Below, one piece after another: positions 52,416 to 64,000 of a stretch of 64,000 bases of DNA. Under the pieces are notes generated by a model. It worked only from the letters and a program-made list of their open reading frames with translations. It was not told where the DNA came from and searched no databases. Both the position numbers and the translations under genes were made by a program. Each line of letters begins with the position of its first letter. The stretch's first letter is position 1. Source of the DNA: Tricharina praecox (lineage: Eukaryota); the NCBI RefSeq assembly GCF_024521635.1, contig NW_026250404.1, positions 124,001 to 188,000 on the forward strand, given 5' to 3'.

Positions 52416-54736
52416 TCTTTCGCTATCTCTATGCTTGACTTACTGGTACATGTGCACATCTGTTCAATGTTTACTTTCTTAACCGAACAGAAATGTCGCC
52501 GCAGCCTGTCTGTGCCATCATATTCGAGGGGAGGGTACCGTGCGGTGGTGATTAGGTGTGAATCGTAACTGCGTCCCAAGTCGGGATCTATGTAGCAGCT
52601 GAGGGACCTGGTGGCGCAAGGATGAAGAAGGTATAATTGCAATCTAGATACTCCAATGGCTCATTCGTAGACGTTTATATCCTATCCTTTAGCGGTGAGT
52701 CCTATTTTCCGACGCGTCATGCTATGTAGAGGCAAGTTCCCATAACTGCAAACGTTACCTGTTGGGGAGGCTCGCCCCCCGCACACGATCGGGACTTGGG
52801 GTTTCTCAATTATCGGTACTGTATGTAGAGAGAGTCCTTGAATAGCCGAAAAGTCTATCTTTCGCCTCTGATTATCTGAGATTAGATTTGTGGTCAGCTA
52901 AGGACAGCTGTACCAGAATTCGGCCGAGACATTCGCTGGGCCACAGATCTAATCTCAGATAATCTCCTACAGAGGGGTAGTAGTGGGGATTCAGAGCACC
53001 TACGGTACCTACATCTTTCCAGCCGCCCAAGTAAACTGCTACCATACTCACTGCTCGCACTCATACAAGCGGTGGTAAGATCTTCGGGTCACGTGGCTCG
53101 ACTACGGTAGGTATTCGGAGCCCATGGCTAAATTCCACGGAAGCAACCAACCAAAAGTTTTGCTTAATGCAACCTCGCCAGCTTTCTGTACTCTGATGTG
53201 TATCTTGGATACCCTTTTACCTCCGGTCACTTGGTACTATCATAGCCGTCCCGCCTGCTCCGTCGGCACACCCATCAATCAAGCTGCAGCTTGATAGCCG
53301 GGAACGCCAATCGGCAAGCGGGCTGCGGCCATAATCCAGTGTGAAACTGCCCGTCCTGTTGGTAGGCAATGGCATATACCCATGGTAAGTTCGGAGTGTT
53401 CATAACGGTGTGGCGTTTTTCCCGGTGGTAGGATTTCGAACCTCGAAGGCGCGGTCGGCCGCTGGATGCGGGGGGGTGGGAATCCTTGGGATACTCATGT
53501 CTCAAAGTTCATGTCTGGAAAGAGCTACAGTACAAGATTGGAGAGGCGGGGGGGAGGAGGGAGAGGAGGGAAGGAGAGGAGGAGAAGGAGATGCTTCCTC
53601 GGACACAACAACCGACGAGGGACGAGCGCAGCCAACAAGGAACCTCTGCCTTCGTCAGATCCGCGGCAAAACTCGCGGTTAACCAGCAACCATGCAAGCG
53701 ACATCTAGCGACGAACCTCATGCGGTACGGTCAGGCACCGGCATGTATGGGGTCCTACTCAGGTTTACAGCAGTCCGTCATTGTCGTGTGAGTCCTTGCC
53801 TGACAAGGGCCCGTATCGGGCGCTGGTCCTCAAGCTCCGGACACAATCTGCCTCCGAGTCGCGCCGAGTCAGCCGCCAATCGTCTCCCGAATCTGTGCAT
53901 CGCCGGAACGCCGGTTGTGTGTATTGTTTTTTGATTTCACTTCGTGTCGGTTACGCGCTGCGTGGTGATGCGGGCTGGCTTTCGAGAATGCAGTGAAACA
54001 CACCTTGCCGATATAGGATTCATTGGACGTGGAGCAGCACATCTAGTGGGGTTTTGACCGGCCATACACCGCATCACTTGAACCTTCATGACATCTGTGG
54101 GGACTACCATCACCTGACTGTGATAGAACGTCTGAGGTGGGGTGCGTGTATTCAAGAAAAGAAGTCACGGCCAGTCAAACGGCGAGAAAGTGCAGGAACC
54201 TAGTACCGTAGAGTAGAGTACCTATACCGTCAGCTCACGGGAAGGCCAGTAACGTCCAGCAATCATGTGGAACAGTAAAATATAGCTAAGTGCGGTTTGT
54301 TCCATGAGTCCTTCCGTAGAGCTCGCCGGGATGTTTGCGAGATTGCACTAGCAGCCATCCGCTGGGACTCAAGGGATGCGGCAAGTACATGCCAACATCG
54401 TGAGCCACGTGATCGAACGGATAGTGTTTCGAGTAATATCTCGTTCCTTCGTGCACGCACAGGACCCACCACTCCCGTCGGTATTTAGGTTACACAACAC
54501 CTATAAAAGCTGTCGAAAGTTTCTCTCGCAGCTTCCTATGCAGCTTACCCCACCACCACTCCTGAGGACGCCTGCCGTTTGCCCGCCACCTCCTCTTGCC
54601 GATCAACCACCGCTTGCTCATCCACCAAGTGCTGCAGTGGGCCTTCAATTAACGTTACAATTAGAATTGCTTATATTGTGTCAGGTAGCAGTCTTGCGAT
54701 CAGTGATAGTCGCGAACACCCGTCACTGAGCTCGGG

Positions 54737-56109
54737 ATGTCGCCGCGCGATCCCATCGTCGAAGCGGGCTCTCCGGCAAAGGGCGAGAACGAAGTGGCAC
54801 CTTCGCCGGCGGGGGTGAGGAGGCACAGAACCCGTCAACAAACAGCCTCTATGTTTGTTCTCGCGACCCTATTTCTGGACGACGGTCCACCGCCCCCGCC
54901 TGCGAGGTGATCCAAGAGACACTTGGAGACGGCTGCCGCGAAACCCATCCCACCAAAGAAGCGGATGAAGGCTACCGGAAGCTCCGATGTGACTACCTCT
55001 AAGGTGCAGCGGCAATCGAAGAGCACAGCGGCACCGGTTAAGACCGAAACTCCAGCTGCAAAGACCCTGACTCGGGTTAACAACACTGCTCCGAAAGAAG
55101 TCGCTACTCGTCCTCGTTCGGCACGAGTCATCAAGGCCGCTGCATCGCATCTCAAGGCTGAAAGTGCTGCTTCGGGAGTAGCCACAGTCCGATCTCGTTC
55201 GGGACGGCCCATCAAGGTGCCCACTTCGTTGCAGCCCCAGGCTGACACTGTCGCTTCGGGGGTAGCCGATGCTCGTCCTCGTTCGGGACGGAACATCGAT
55301 ACCAGCTCAACCCGGAAAGCGCCTCGCGGGCAGCATGTCAAGGCCGTCCCGAGGAAGCCAGTGGCCTTACCAGAGCCAGAGATCGAATGCGCGATCTGTT
55401 TGGAGTCCATGCGGCCGGCGAACTTTCCGGCGAAGCTGACTTCCACCTGCAACCACTCGCCCACTAGTTGCGGCGACTGCGTGCGCAACCTCCTTACCGA
55501 GGCTTTCGCCGGCAAGGAATGGGTTCTCCCAGCGTGTCCGGATTGCTCTGCCGAGTTCACGTCCAGCGAAATTCGGCTCCTCGGCACCGCCGAACAGGCG
55601 GAGACATTCGAGTGGCGGTTGACGAGCCAGTTTCTGCGAACACTGGAGGAGTACCGCAGCTGCCTCGATCCCGAGTGCGACGCGGGGCAGATCCACGCGG
55701 GCGGCGACGACACGCCCATCGTCACCTGCGACGCCTGCGGGTTCCAGCAGTGCTACTCGCACAACATGCCGTGGCATGCGGACCTGACGTGCGCGCAGTA
55801 CGATGAGCGCGAGCACCACCAGCGGCTCGAGGAGAACAAAGCCTCCGAAGAACTGGTGAAGCAAACTGCGCAGCGCTGCCCCGGTTGCAGCATCACCGTC
55901 ACGAAGATCGATGGCTGCGATCATATGACGTGCCAACGATGCAAGACCGGCTTCTGCTACCTGTGCGTGGCGTTGTACGCCGGGAAAAACGGGTATATCA
56001 CGTGGGAAACGGTGCCCACAAAGAATCGTGTCCGTACTACGCCCGGTACGACCCTCACGCCCGATATGACCCTCACACCGGGCACGATCGCACCCACGAC
56101 CGCAACTAG
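54737..56109 (+). pseudogene. RBR (RING-IBR-RING) E3 ligase paralogue with an in-frame TGA at 54908 and a -1 frameshift near 55990
   Basis: CAIC..CNH..CGDC..CPDC RING1, IBR, CPGC..DGCDHMTC RING2. The homologous tail VYHVGNGAHKESCPYY lies in the -1 frame. A protein could still start at ATG 54965. Confidence 0.7.
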
Positions 56110-56554
56110 TAACAGCGCCACGGTCATATAACGCTCTCGTATGCGTATATAAACCTGGGGCAGGAGGCGTACTCGGGGGACGACGTTCGAAGACAGCTGC
56201 GTGCTGAGACATATGGGATGGATGGTGGCTAGAAGGAGGAATTGCGGGCGGGCTTCAAATAAGCTTTAGTCCAGTATCTCGGTGTTAACTATCATTAGCT
56301 GTGAGACAATTGCGTTTATTTCCATACATATCGTTTGTTTCTTGTATGTACCCGGTCGTGGCGGCCGGCAGTTCCTTATTACTTCATTCATCTTGTTTAC
56401 GATATCTCCTAGGCTAGTTATTTTCACCTTGCATACTCTGCTCTACTCTAGGCCACTTATTGTTATCTCACCTGCTTCATTAATTCCCACACGCCGCGAC
56501 GATACCAGTCGCGGATAAGAACCTTCAAGTTGGATAAGAGTCAAGACCACATTC

Positions 56555-56638
56555 GTACCCGTGCCAGCGCCCGTGCCAGTGCCCGTGCCAGTGCCAGTGC
56601 CAGTGCCCGTGCCCGTGCCAGTGCCCGTGCCAGTGCCA
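56555..56638. repeat. Hexanucleotide microsatellite (GTGCCM) x 14
   Basis: Contiguous GTGCCA/GTGCCC units. Confidence 0.95.
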
Positions 56639-56812
56639 GTGACATCGCACGGTCCAGTCCACCTCAACGACGACCACGGTGCACAGAGCGGAGACACAGT
56701 GCTCCTAAGCAGCGACTTTACGCAGTCCATTACTATCTACTTCCATATCTACATACTCCACCAACCCCTCTCCCTTTTTCAAACCCCTCCCCCGTCCGGG
56801 GCCATCCTTCGA

Positions 56813-57262
56813 TCAGAATTTACCCTCCCCCACGCCCCCTCCCCTCTGAGCCACCGCCTCCACGCCCTCCTCCTCCTCTCTCCACATCCTCCTCCCGCGG
56901 CGATTCTCCACGTGCTGACACGTCCTCTCAGCCCACGACAGCGTGATCTCGCACGTGACGGCCAAAACGACCAGCACCGCCAGCAGCGCTGTCGTGAACT
57001 TTAGCACGTTCTTCAAAGACGCGTTGAAGTCGAAGTCGATGTCGGTGGTAGAGTCGCTGGTTGGGCTGAATGGGCTGCGGCGGGTGACTATGGGAAGTTA
57101 GGGGGTGGGCATGGGGTGGGTACTGCTGGATGGCCCACCCGCGTAGGACTCCCGGTGGCTCCCGAACATGTCGGTCACCAGCGTGAATACCTTCCCGTCG
57201 CTGCCGGCGCCCAGCCGGTGCGAGCCGAAGGGGTCGAGGTAGTTGCGGGCGAGGACGGGCAT
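56813..57262 (-). CDS. Small hypothetical single-pass membrane protein; intron about 57088-57138
   Basis: AAATG start; GTGGGC..CTAAC..TAG intron joins in frame to LKNVLKFTTALLAVLVVLAVTC hydrophobic helix. Confidence 0.45.
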
Positions 57263-58511
57263 TTATTTTCAGTGTTCGGTGGTGGATGAGGTGAGAATGG
57301 GGATGAGGATGAGGGTGAGGATGAAGATGGGGAGAAAGATGAGAAGGAGGTATGAGGAAGGAAGGAAGGGTATCGTGATTAACGGGCTCCTGGAGAGTTT
57401 GCTATTCCCATAGTAGCTTCGACGACTCGAAAGTAAAATCGATAGAGTTCGGGCCAGGCTATTGGTTTGGCTTCGGCCCGTCGTAGGTTGATTACACAAA
57501 ACGATATTGATGGTCTCGGCGTGGCGAGACCCACAGTGAGAGTTCGGGTTTCTTTTTTGGCTTCCTTTTTTTTCTGTTTCAGTTTTACGTTTGTTGGTTC
57601 ATCTATTACTGTCATCGTCCATCGCGATTCGCGAGCCCACGGCCCGAGTATGTAAGCAACTATTGCGAGTGACATCGATGATGGTGAGGATCCACGGTGC
57701 ATGCACCGATGATCATCTTGATATTGATGTTGGTATTATGTATCAGCTAGCCGGTTCGACGCAGCCAAGGAACGAGCTGGATGCAGCTGCAGCTCGCCAT
57801 AGATAGGATCGCCGATGCGGAAGGGAAAGTCCAACCAACCCCACGCGGAGCTTTCCGGTTCGAATACGGGTATCGTAGGTAGGGAGTTGTGTGCGGAATA
57901 GCGTACCTAGAGGCTGCCGGAATCTCCGTATCGCAAAGCTGGATTTCCATCCGGGGGGTTGTCTCGTTGGAGGATGTTCGTTGAAGTGCGGGGTACCGAC
58001 TAGCAGAAGCTTATCCGTATCGTAGGTAACTAAGGACCAACGGCAGTAGTGGGTGCGCACTCGTAGGTTAGCGTCGAGCACCCGTTTGCGCACTTTCCAC
58101 GCCACGCCAGGCCCACAATCTCGCCTACATACGGTGGTTGTGGATGTAAGTTCAGCCGTTGGTAGAGAAACAGCCAACACAGCACACACACATACACACC
58201 AACCACAGCCTTGACGCATCCAGCCGATGGGGCCGCCACCGCCATTGGACGGATGCTTTTGTTTGTGCAGAAAGGAAAAGCCCCAACTCTACTCGATGAA
58301 TCCCGCAAGTGGCTGGTCGATTACTGAGGGGTGTGTGGATGTGTGTGGGTTGCACTGTGCCCCCGCTCTTGCTGGAGCTTCCCCTCCGCCTGTGTTTATT
58401 ATGACCATACCAGCTCTCTGCGCTCGCGCAATCCTTCCTGTCCGCGGATCTCGCACATACCGCTCGCTCTTCTCCGACTCCGGATCCCACCACACGGCGC
58501 CGAGCTGAAAC

Positions 58512-59639
58512 ATGTACGCTGCTACTAATCCCAACGGATTCTGGGAGCACCTGTTTCCCGGGGCTGCCGGTGTCCCTCACACTTTCCCGCGCGATGTCCC
58601 TCACTGGCCGCCGGCGCCGGGCCCACCCGCTGCCAAAGCGTTCCCGGAAACGTTCACACCGCGCTACTCGCACCGCTCCATCTCTCCCAAGCTATGCGTC
58701 GGCTGCGGCGACTTCGCACCCATCTACTTCCACGAGACGCCCGGTCTCTCAATCCTCGCACGGCGCGTGCACCAGCGCTGCTATATCTGCCTGACGTGCA
58801 TCCAGTCACGGATCTCTGGCACAGTATCCGGCACATGGGTGCGCTGCCCCGGCTCCCTCTGCAGCCGCGAGCTCAGCAACGCCGACATCCGCATCCTCTT
58901 CCGCGCGAACGAGCACGGCGAGAGCCGCGACATGCCACTACCCTCACCCGGCACACTCTTCCCGGCCACACACGCGCCCGTCAAGTGCTGCACCTGCCTC
59001 GAGACCGACCCATCAGGCGGCTTCGCCCCCCGGCTAACCGACAACTGCCGACACCACCCCACACTCTGCTTTGGGTGTCTGCGGGCGATGCTCTCGCACG
59101 CGCTCGACGGGAAGGCATGGGTTGATCCCGCGTGCCCGGACTGTCGACAGCCGCTCTCGGCCGCAGACGTAAAGCGCTTCGGCACCGCGACGCAGATGAA
59201 AACGTTTGCGGACCGCGCGGCGCGCCGCTTCCTGCAGGATAATCCCGACTGGCTGATGTGTCCCAACGGCTGGTGCGGGCAGCTGCAGAAACATGAGGGC
59301 GGAGCCGCTCGCCCCTGGCTGCAGTGTCTCGCTTGCGGATCGTTCATGTGCTTCAACCATCGCGACGAGCCGTATCATGCCGGACTGTCGTGCGCGGAGG
59401 TGGATGATGCGAGGAATAGGGTCATGCAGGAGGGCATACAAATGAGCGAGGAACTGGTCCGCAGCATCTCAAAGGTTTGCCCGAACTGCCAGTTCGATAT
59501 CCATAAAACTGGCGGATGCGAACATATGACCTGCGGAAAGTGTAAGTACGAGTTCTGCTTCCTGTGTCTGGCGTCGTACGAAAAGATTAGAGCCATTGGG
59601 AACACGGCGCATGTGAGGTCCTGTGCGCATTATGCATGA
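58512..59639 (+). CDS. RBR E3 ubiquitin ligase with an extra N-terminal RING-like module (intact, single exon)
   Basis: RING1 CCTC..CRH..CFGC..CPDC, IBR CPNGWC..CLAC..CFNH..H..C, RING2 CPNC..GGCEHMTC..C..FCFLC. Confidence 0.9.
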   Translation: MYAATNPNGFWEHLFPGAAGVPHTFPRDVPHWPPAPGPPAAKAFPETFTPRYSHRSISPKLCVGCGDFAPIYFHETPGLSILARRVHQRCYICLTCIQSRISGTVSGTWVRCPGSLCSRELSNADIRILFRANEHGESRDMPLPSPGTLFPATHAPVKCCTCLETDPSGGFAPRLTDNCRHHPTLCFGCLRAMLSHALDGKAWVDPACPDCRQPLSAADVKRFGTATQMKTFADRAARRFLQDNPDWLMCPNGWCGQLQKHEGGAARPWLQCLACGSFMCFNHRDEPYHAGLSCAEVDDARNRVMQEGIQMSEELVRSISKVCPNCQFDIHKTGGCEHMTCGKCKYEFCFLCLASYEKIRAIGNTAHVRSCAHYA

Positions 59640-60309
59640 GGAGCGTGGGTGTTGGATATATGTACATATGGAGTTTTTTCCTTGCACCAAAGGGGGGGAT
59701 CGTGAAGAATGATTGCGTGTAAGCGAATCGTTTTTTTCTAGGGGAGAGGTGAATTAAATATACTGAGAATGAGCTTCAAACCTCGATATCGGAAGCACTC
59801 GCAAGATGTCGTCCGGGTACTATATGCGAAAGCATGCGTACTGGTACCGTCGGGATCCAGCCCTACCAGTCCAGGTTGCAGGCGCTATGGAGTAGGTATG
59901 CACGACGAACAGAAGAAGGGACGAACATGGACGTGATTATTCGTGCACCGTGATAAATGGATACGAAACATCACGTATTTGCATCCGGCGTGTCACATGA
60001 TGCCTACGGGTGATATCCAGTGCACCACCCGTCTAGCCAAAAACAAAAACAAAAACCGTCACCACCCCCGGTGGGTGGCTTGGAAACCCCAAGAGCTGAA
60101 TAGAAAGGAACTCTATCAGTGCCTTTTCAGCGGCCATCTAACTACTCGAGCGATGTCATCAACATCGATCGTGCCCCACACATACAGCACGCTCGCAGAG
60201 AGTCAGACGTTGGAATTAGTAAGGATTCTCGCCTCCCCAGCCAGCAGTGTGCAGCGTGTCACATGATAAACCCGAGTGATATTCAGTGCTTCACCCGTCT
60301 TACCAAGAC

Positions 60310-60451
60310 AAAAACAAAAACCGTCACCACCCCCGGTGGGTGGCTTAGAAAGCCCAAGAGCTGACAGGGCCTATCACCCGAGCTTGAACCGGGGACATTC
60401 TCTCAACTACCCTCGCCGATTGCGTGGTCTTAACCACTAGACCACGCGGGG
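60310..60451 (-). mobile_element. tRNA-derived Pol III element (SINE-like or tRNA pseudogene), copy A
   Basis: Minus strand reads CCCCGCG-TGGTCTAGTGGTTAAGAC (A box/D-arm) ... CCCGG-TTCAAGC-TCGGG (B box/T-arm), then a GC-rich body ending in T runs; acceptor and anticodon stems are broken. Confidence 0.55.
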
Positions 60452-61235
60452 TTTTTTCCGTGCTGGAGACTTGAATTCGAAAATTATGAAGTGGTGGGTA
60501 CCACCCCGCGACAGACAAGCTTCTACGCCACAACTCTGGCTGTATTGAACCAGCGAACAACATTCCGTGTATTCTTCATACCCTGGCGGTTTGCTTCCTC
60601 CCTATCCATGGCGGCCAGCTTCTCAACACTGTCACTGTCGCAACGCTCCCAGCTAGATATTCCTTTGCTATTTCAGCGATCCAGCTCATCTGCTTCCTTC
60701 GCTGTTTCAACGATGCAGCGCATGGTGCACTCTACCAGCTTCTCTTCCCCCAAGTACTGATACCACCTCTCTTGAACGTATTCCCCAAGACTTGCAAACT
60801 TTCGCAGCGCCACATAAATCGCATGTGTATGAGAGTGGTTGGTGATAGGACACTGATGTAGTTAGTGTGGATGGCTAGAGCAGCTGGCAGCGGGAGGGAG
60901 GGAGCGCACTTGAGAGCTGAGGCTGACCGAGAGGCCTGGTCCTCTTCCTCTCTCTTCCTAACTCTCTCCCCCTCTATCACATATCATCATTACAGAATAG
61001 ACGTTTAACCTCTACCTCATCGAGTCTCTCTCTCTATCCCTGGTATCCACTGCAACGAAAGCATTATATCCACGGCGAGGACAGCAGATTATTCACGGCA
61101 AGGACAATGTGCTATCCGCTGCGAGAAGAGCATGGTATGCGCAGCGTAGTAGGGATTCTCGCCTCCACCGCCGGCAGCACAAAGACGTGTCACGCGATAC
61201 TGCCGAGTGATATTTGGTGCTCCAATCCTCTTGCC

Positions 61236-61382
61236 AAAAACAAAAAACCGTCACCACCCCCGGCGGGTGGCTTGGAAACCCCAAGAGCTGAATAGAAAGG
61301 TCTTTGATCTGTGGTGAACCGGGACCTCTCCCTCAGCTCCCCCTCGCCCATTGCGTGGTCTTAACCACTAGACCACGCGGGG
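61236..61382 (-). mobile_element. tRNA-derived Pol III element, copy B
   Basis: Identical A-box hairpin, GAGAGGTCCCGGTTCA partial B box, same body and T-rich end. Confidence 0.5.
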
Positions 61383-63014
61383 TTTTTTTTCCGTGCTGGA
61401 GACTTGAATTCGAAAATTATGAACTGATGGGTGCCCGGGCATGCTTCATAAGCTGGCGGTTATCTTCATCCCCATCCATGGCGGTCAGCTTCACATCACT
61501 ACCGCAACGCTCCCCGACGAGGCGTTTCTGCGCGATTTCGACGATTCAGCTCATCTGGCTCCTACAATATTGTGCACTCTACCAGCTCCTCCTCCGCCAT
61601 ATATATGATACCGGCTCCCCCGGAAGTGTTCCCTGGGACTTTCTAGGAACTCCACCAGTGCATCCGGTATCTCATGCCGTGAGAATGCGAGATCGGTATG
61701 ATGTTCGTGCCAGTGACCTAACGGCCATCAGGACGTTGCGCTACGCCGGTACTACGGAGTCCGTATGTGCTTGGCCAAGACAGTATCCGAGTCACTGGAA
61801 TTATCGCAATCGCTAGCCACCGTTATGTACTGGCCGACAGATATTTACACACGCTGCACCAGCCAAGGATGCGCCGGAGAGAAACTAGGAGGCTCCACAC
61901 ACATACGGCCCCACGCTCGCAGAGAGTCAGAGACGTTGGGATTAAGTTATCTGAAGATCTGCTTGCGGGAAAGCTAAGGATCAACACTATATTAGTTTAC
62001 AGTTTTAGCTGGTGATCCGGCACATGGACCTTGCAAGTCGCCATTGGCATTCGGCCCCACATATCCGCTCCGGGTCCACTCTTCCCACCGCCCCCCATAC
62101 ACAAAACTTTGGACGTTCCGGTGGAAACGATTAACGTAGGGAAGATGGTTATTCCGGCCTACCTATGTAGAGTACTCATGTATGTACGAGTTGCTATGTT
62201 TTCTCGGCGGACTGCGAAACAGGCGGAATCTTGGTACATGACAAACTAGGTAGCTACTTCTGTATAGTCAACGGGGAGTCAAAAATGCGTTGTTCTTCCC
62301 GCAGGACACATATTGATATCGTATCAGGGCATAAAAAACACGTATTTTGACCGTACTGATACGATATCACTAGCATTTTCTTAAAAATACATTAAAACTA
62401 TGACGACAAGAGTCCTACGGAAGACATGTCGTGGTGAAACTAGGGAGTTTTCAGATGGGCAGGTACAAGACAAAGCAAAGCAAATGGCACGCACACTCGA
62501 CGGAAATTGTCACTGTTATGTCAGTGGATCATGAGACTACACTCGGTGAGCGACAGAACTTGGGCTTGGGCCCGAGGTTTGGACTCGGATTCGGGCGACG
62601 GAATTCAGCTCGGACTCGGGCTCGGGGGGTCTAGAAAGGCTGTATACGAAAACAAAATGATCTTCTCTCTATCTCTCACAGACCGGAGGTCCGGAGGATC
62701 GAAAAGCAGCAACCTGTCCTCGAGTCTCGACGGTCGCAGGCCACACCCACAGGGGAAATCAAAAGAGCATGAGTGGACAAACAATGAATGCCTGAGCGGT
62801 GAAGCCGAACGTGTTTTGGAAACACCGTAAATGTCACTCCTTGCAGTCCTCCCGGGCCTTCAACTCGAGCCGATTCCCCTCAATTCCATTCCAGAGTAGA
62901 TACTATGGTATCTGATCACCTCGTCGGGCACCCCGACCGCGGATCATAAAACCTCCATCCGCCTCCCCCACCGCTTCAGCTTCCCCATACTAACCAACAG
63001 AAGAAGAAGAAACC

Positions 63015-63695
63015 ATGCTCTGCCCGACCTGCTCCGCGACCTACTGCGGCGAGTGCCACGTGTTGTACACAGGGCCACTGGGGATAATGTGGGTAGGCAA
63101 CGGGGCGCACATGCCGTGGTGCTGCTCCTTCGAGCCGCCCGTGCCGCCGCGGGGACAGGGTCCCCTGCACCGCGAGGAGCAGTGTTTCGAGGCGGCGCGG
63201 GAGCGTGTTAGGGTTTTGAGGGCGGAGATGGAGGTGGGAGGGTGGGGGAAGGATGGGGAGGGGGAGATAAAGTACGTGGAGGAGCTGGTGCCGGTGCAGT
63301 GGGCGAGTAGGCAGACAAGGAGGGAGGTGGAGAAGACAAGGAGGAAGGACAGGAGGAAGTGGGAGAGGGAGAGGATGGAGAGGAGGGAGTGGGGGAGGCT
63401 GAGGAGGGAGTGGGAGAAGATCAGGAGGGAGAGGGAGAAATCGGATAGAGGGGATAGAGTGGGCCCGTGGAATCCACGAGGCCTGTTCACCACGTTATTG
63501 AGGAGTTCTAGCAGCGGGGATTGCTACTCGCGGAGGTATGGCTGCGTTCTGGGACCGTGGGAGATGCTAATGGAGAGGTTTCTGCGGTGGTTTGTGTGGA
63601 GCACCGGGGCGGGGATGTGGGTGGTCGAAGGGTGGAGGTGGAGGAAGGAGCTGTTGGTGTTGACGGGGTTGTCGCAGTTGTTGGTACTTGAGTGA
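63015..63695 (+). CDS. Truncated RBR-related ORF (RING2 tail fragment + charged extension); may be a pseudogene
   Basis: MLCPTCSATYCGECHVLYTGPLGIMWVGNGAHMPWC matches the GNxAHxxxC tail of the two upstream RBR genes; CTAAC..CAG acceptor at 63000 but no convincing upstream exon. Confidence 0.45.
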   Translation: MLCPTCSATYCGECHVLYTGPLGIMWVGNGAHMPWCCSFEPPVPPRGQGPLHREEQCFEAARERVRVLRAEMEVGGWGKDGEGEIKYVEELVPVQWASRQTRREVEKTRRKDRRKWERERMERREWGRLRREWEKIRREREKSDRGDRVGPWNPRGLFTTLLRSSSSGDCYSRRYGCVLGPWEMLMERFLRWFVWSTGAGMWVVEGWRWRKELLVLTGLSQLLVLE

Positions 63696-64000
63696 TGAGT
63701 ACGACTATGGCAAGTGAGCCGAACTCATGGTAAAGCGAGAAGAAGATGGTCTCTTCAGGTGAATCCTGTGAGATCCCAATACATTATCCCACTAAATGAT
63801 CAGACTTCATCCCACTAAATCAAAAGGTATATTCGCTTGCCACTACGGCCCCTCTTCAAAAATCTTCCAATGTTTCTTCAACCTCTTACAAAGCCCACTC
63901 CTGTCCTTCCACTCCTCCACCACATCCGCCAGCTCGCATCCGACCTCGACCATCTGCTGCCAGACAACCATCTCTATATCCTCCCCAAACCTCTCGACGG

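Noticed and set aside
56443..57004. ORFs with PVPVPV / TGTGTG / ARASAR repeats
   Set aside because: Products of the hexamer microsatellite in all frames; no independent coding evidence
60368..60451. Functional tRNA gene
   Set aside because: Acceptor and anticodon stems do not pair; kept only as a tRNA-derived element

Overview
Intron-rich eukaryotic DNA from a filamentous ascomycete (short GT-AG introns with CTRAC/CTRAY branch points; Pezizomycete affinity is only my guess). About 1-18 kb and 27.5-31.6 kb are dense conserved housekeeping genes: ACC1 3' end, SMC3, SLC1, SNO1/PDX2, COQ11-like, SYF2, YAF9, BolA, CDC27, an SH3BGR/thioredoxin-like protein and a REX1-like exonuclease. About 19-27 kb and 32-64 kb are gene-sparse accessory sequence rich in conflict/immunity-type genes: an orphan F-box protein, a HeLo-like/ankyrin gene broken by in-frame stops, a roughly 2,350-aa ZNFX1/UPF1-like helicase fused to three CbbX/SpoVK-type AAA+ domains, and three RBR E3 ligase paralogues (intact, disrupted, fragment). 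Best candidate for an undescribed system: an intact 9-exon gene joining a CorA-type GMN pore module to 11 near-identical 105-bp ankyrin units that vary almost only in one 4-codon window, suggesting a variable-sensor ion channel with no NLR NTPase domain. A duplicated tRNA-derived (Pol III A/B box) element lies at 60-61.6 kb. All gene models were spliced by eye and no searches were run.
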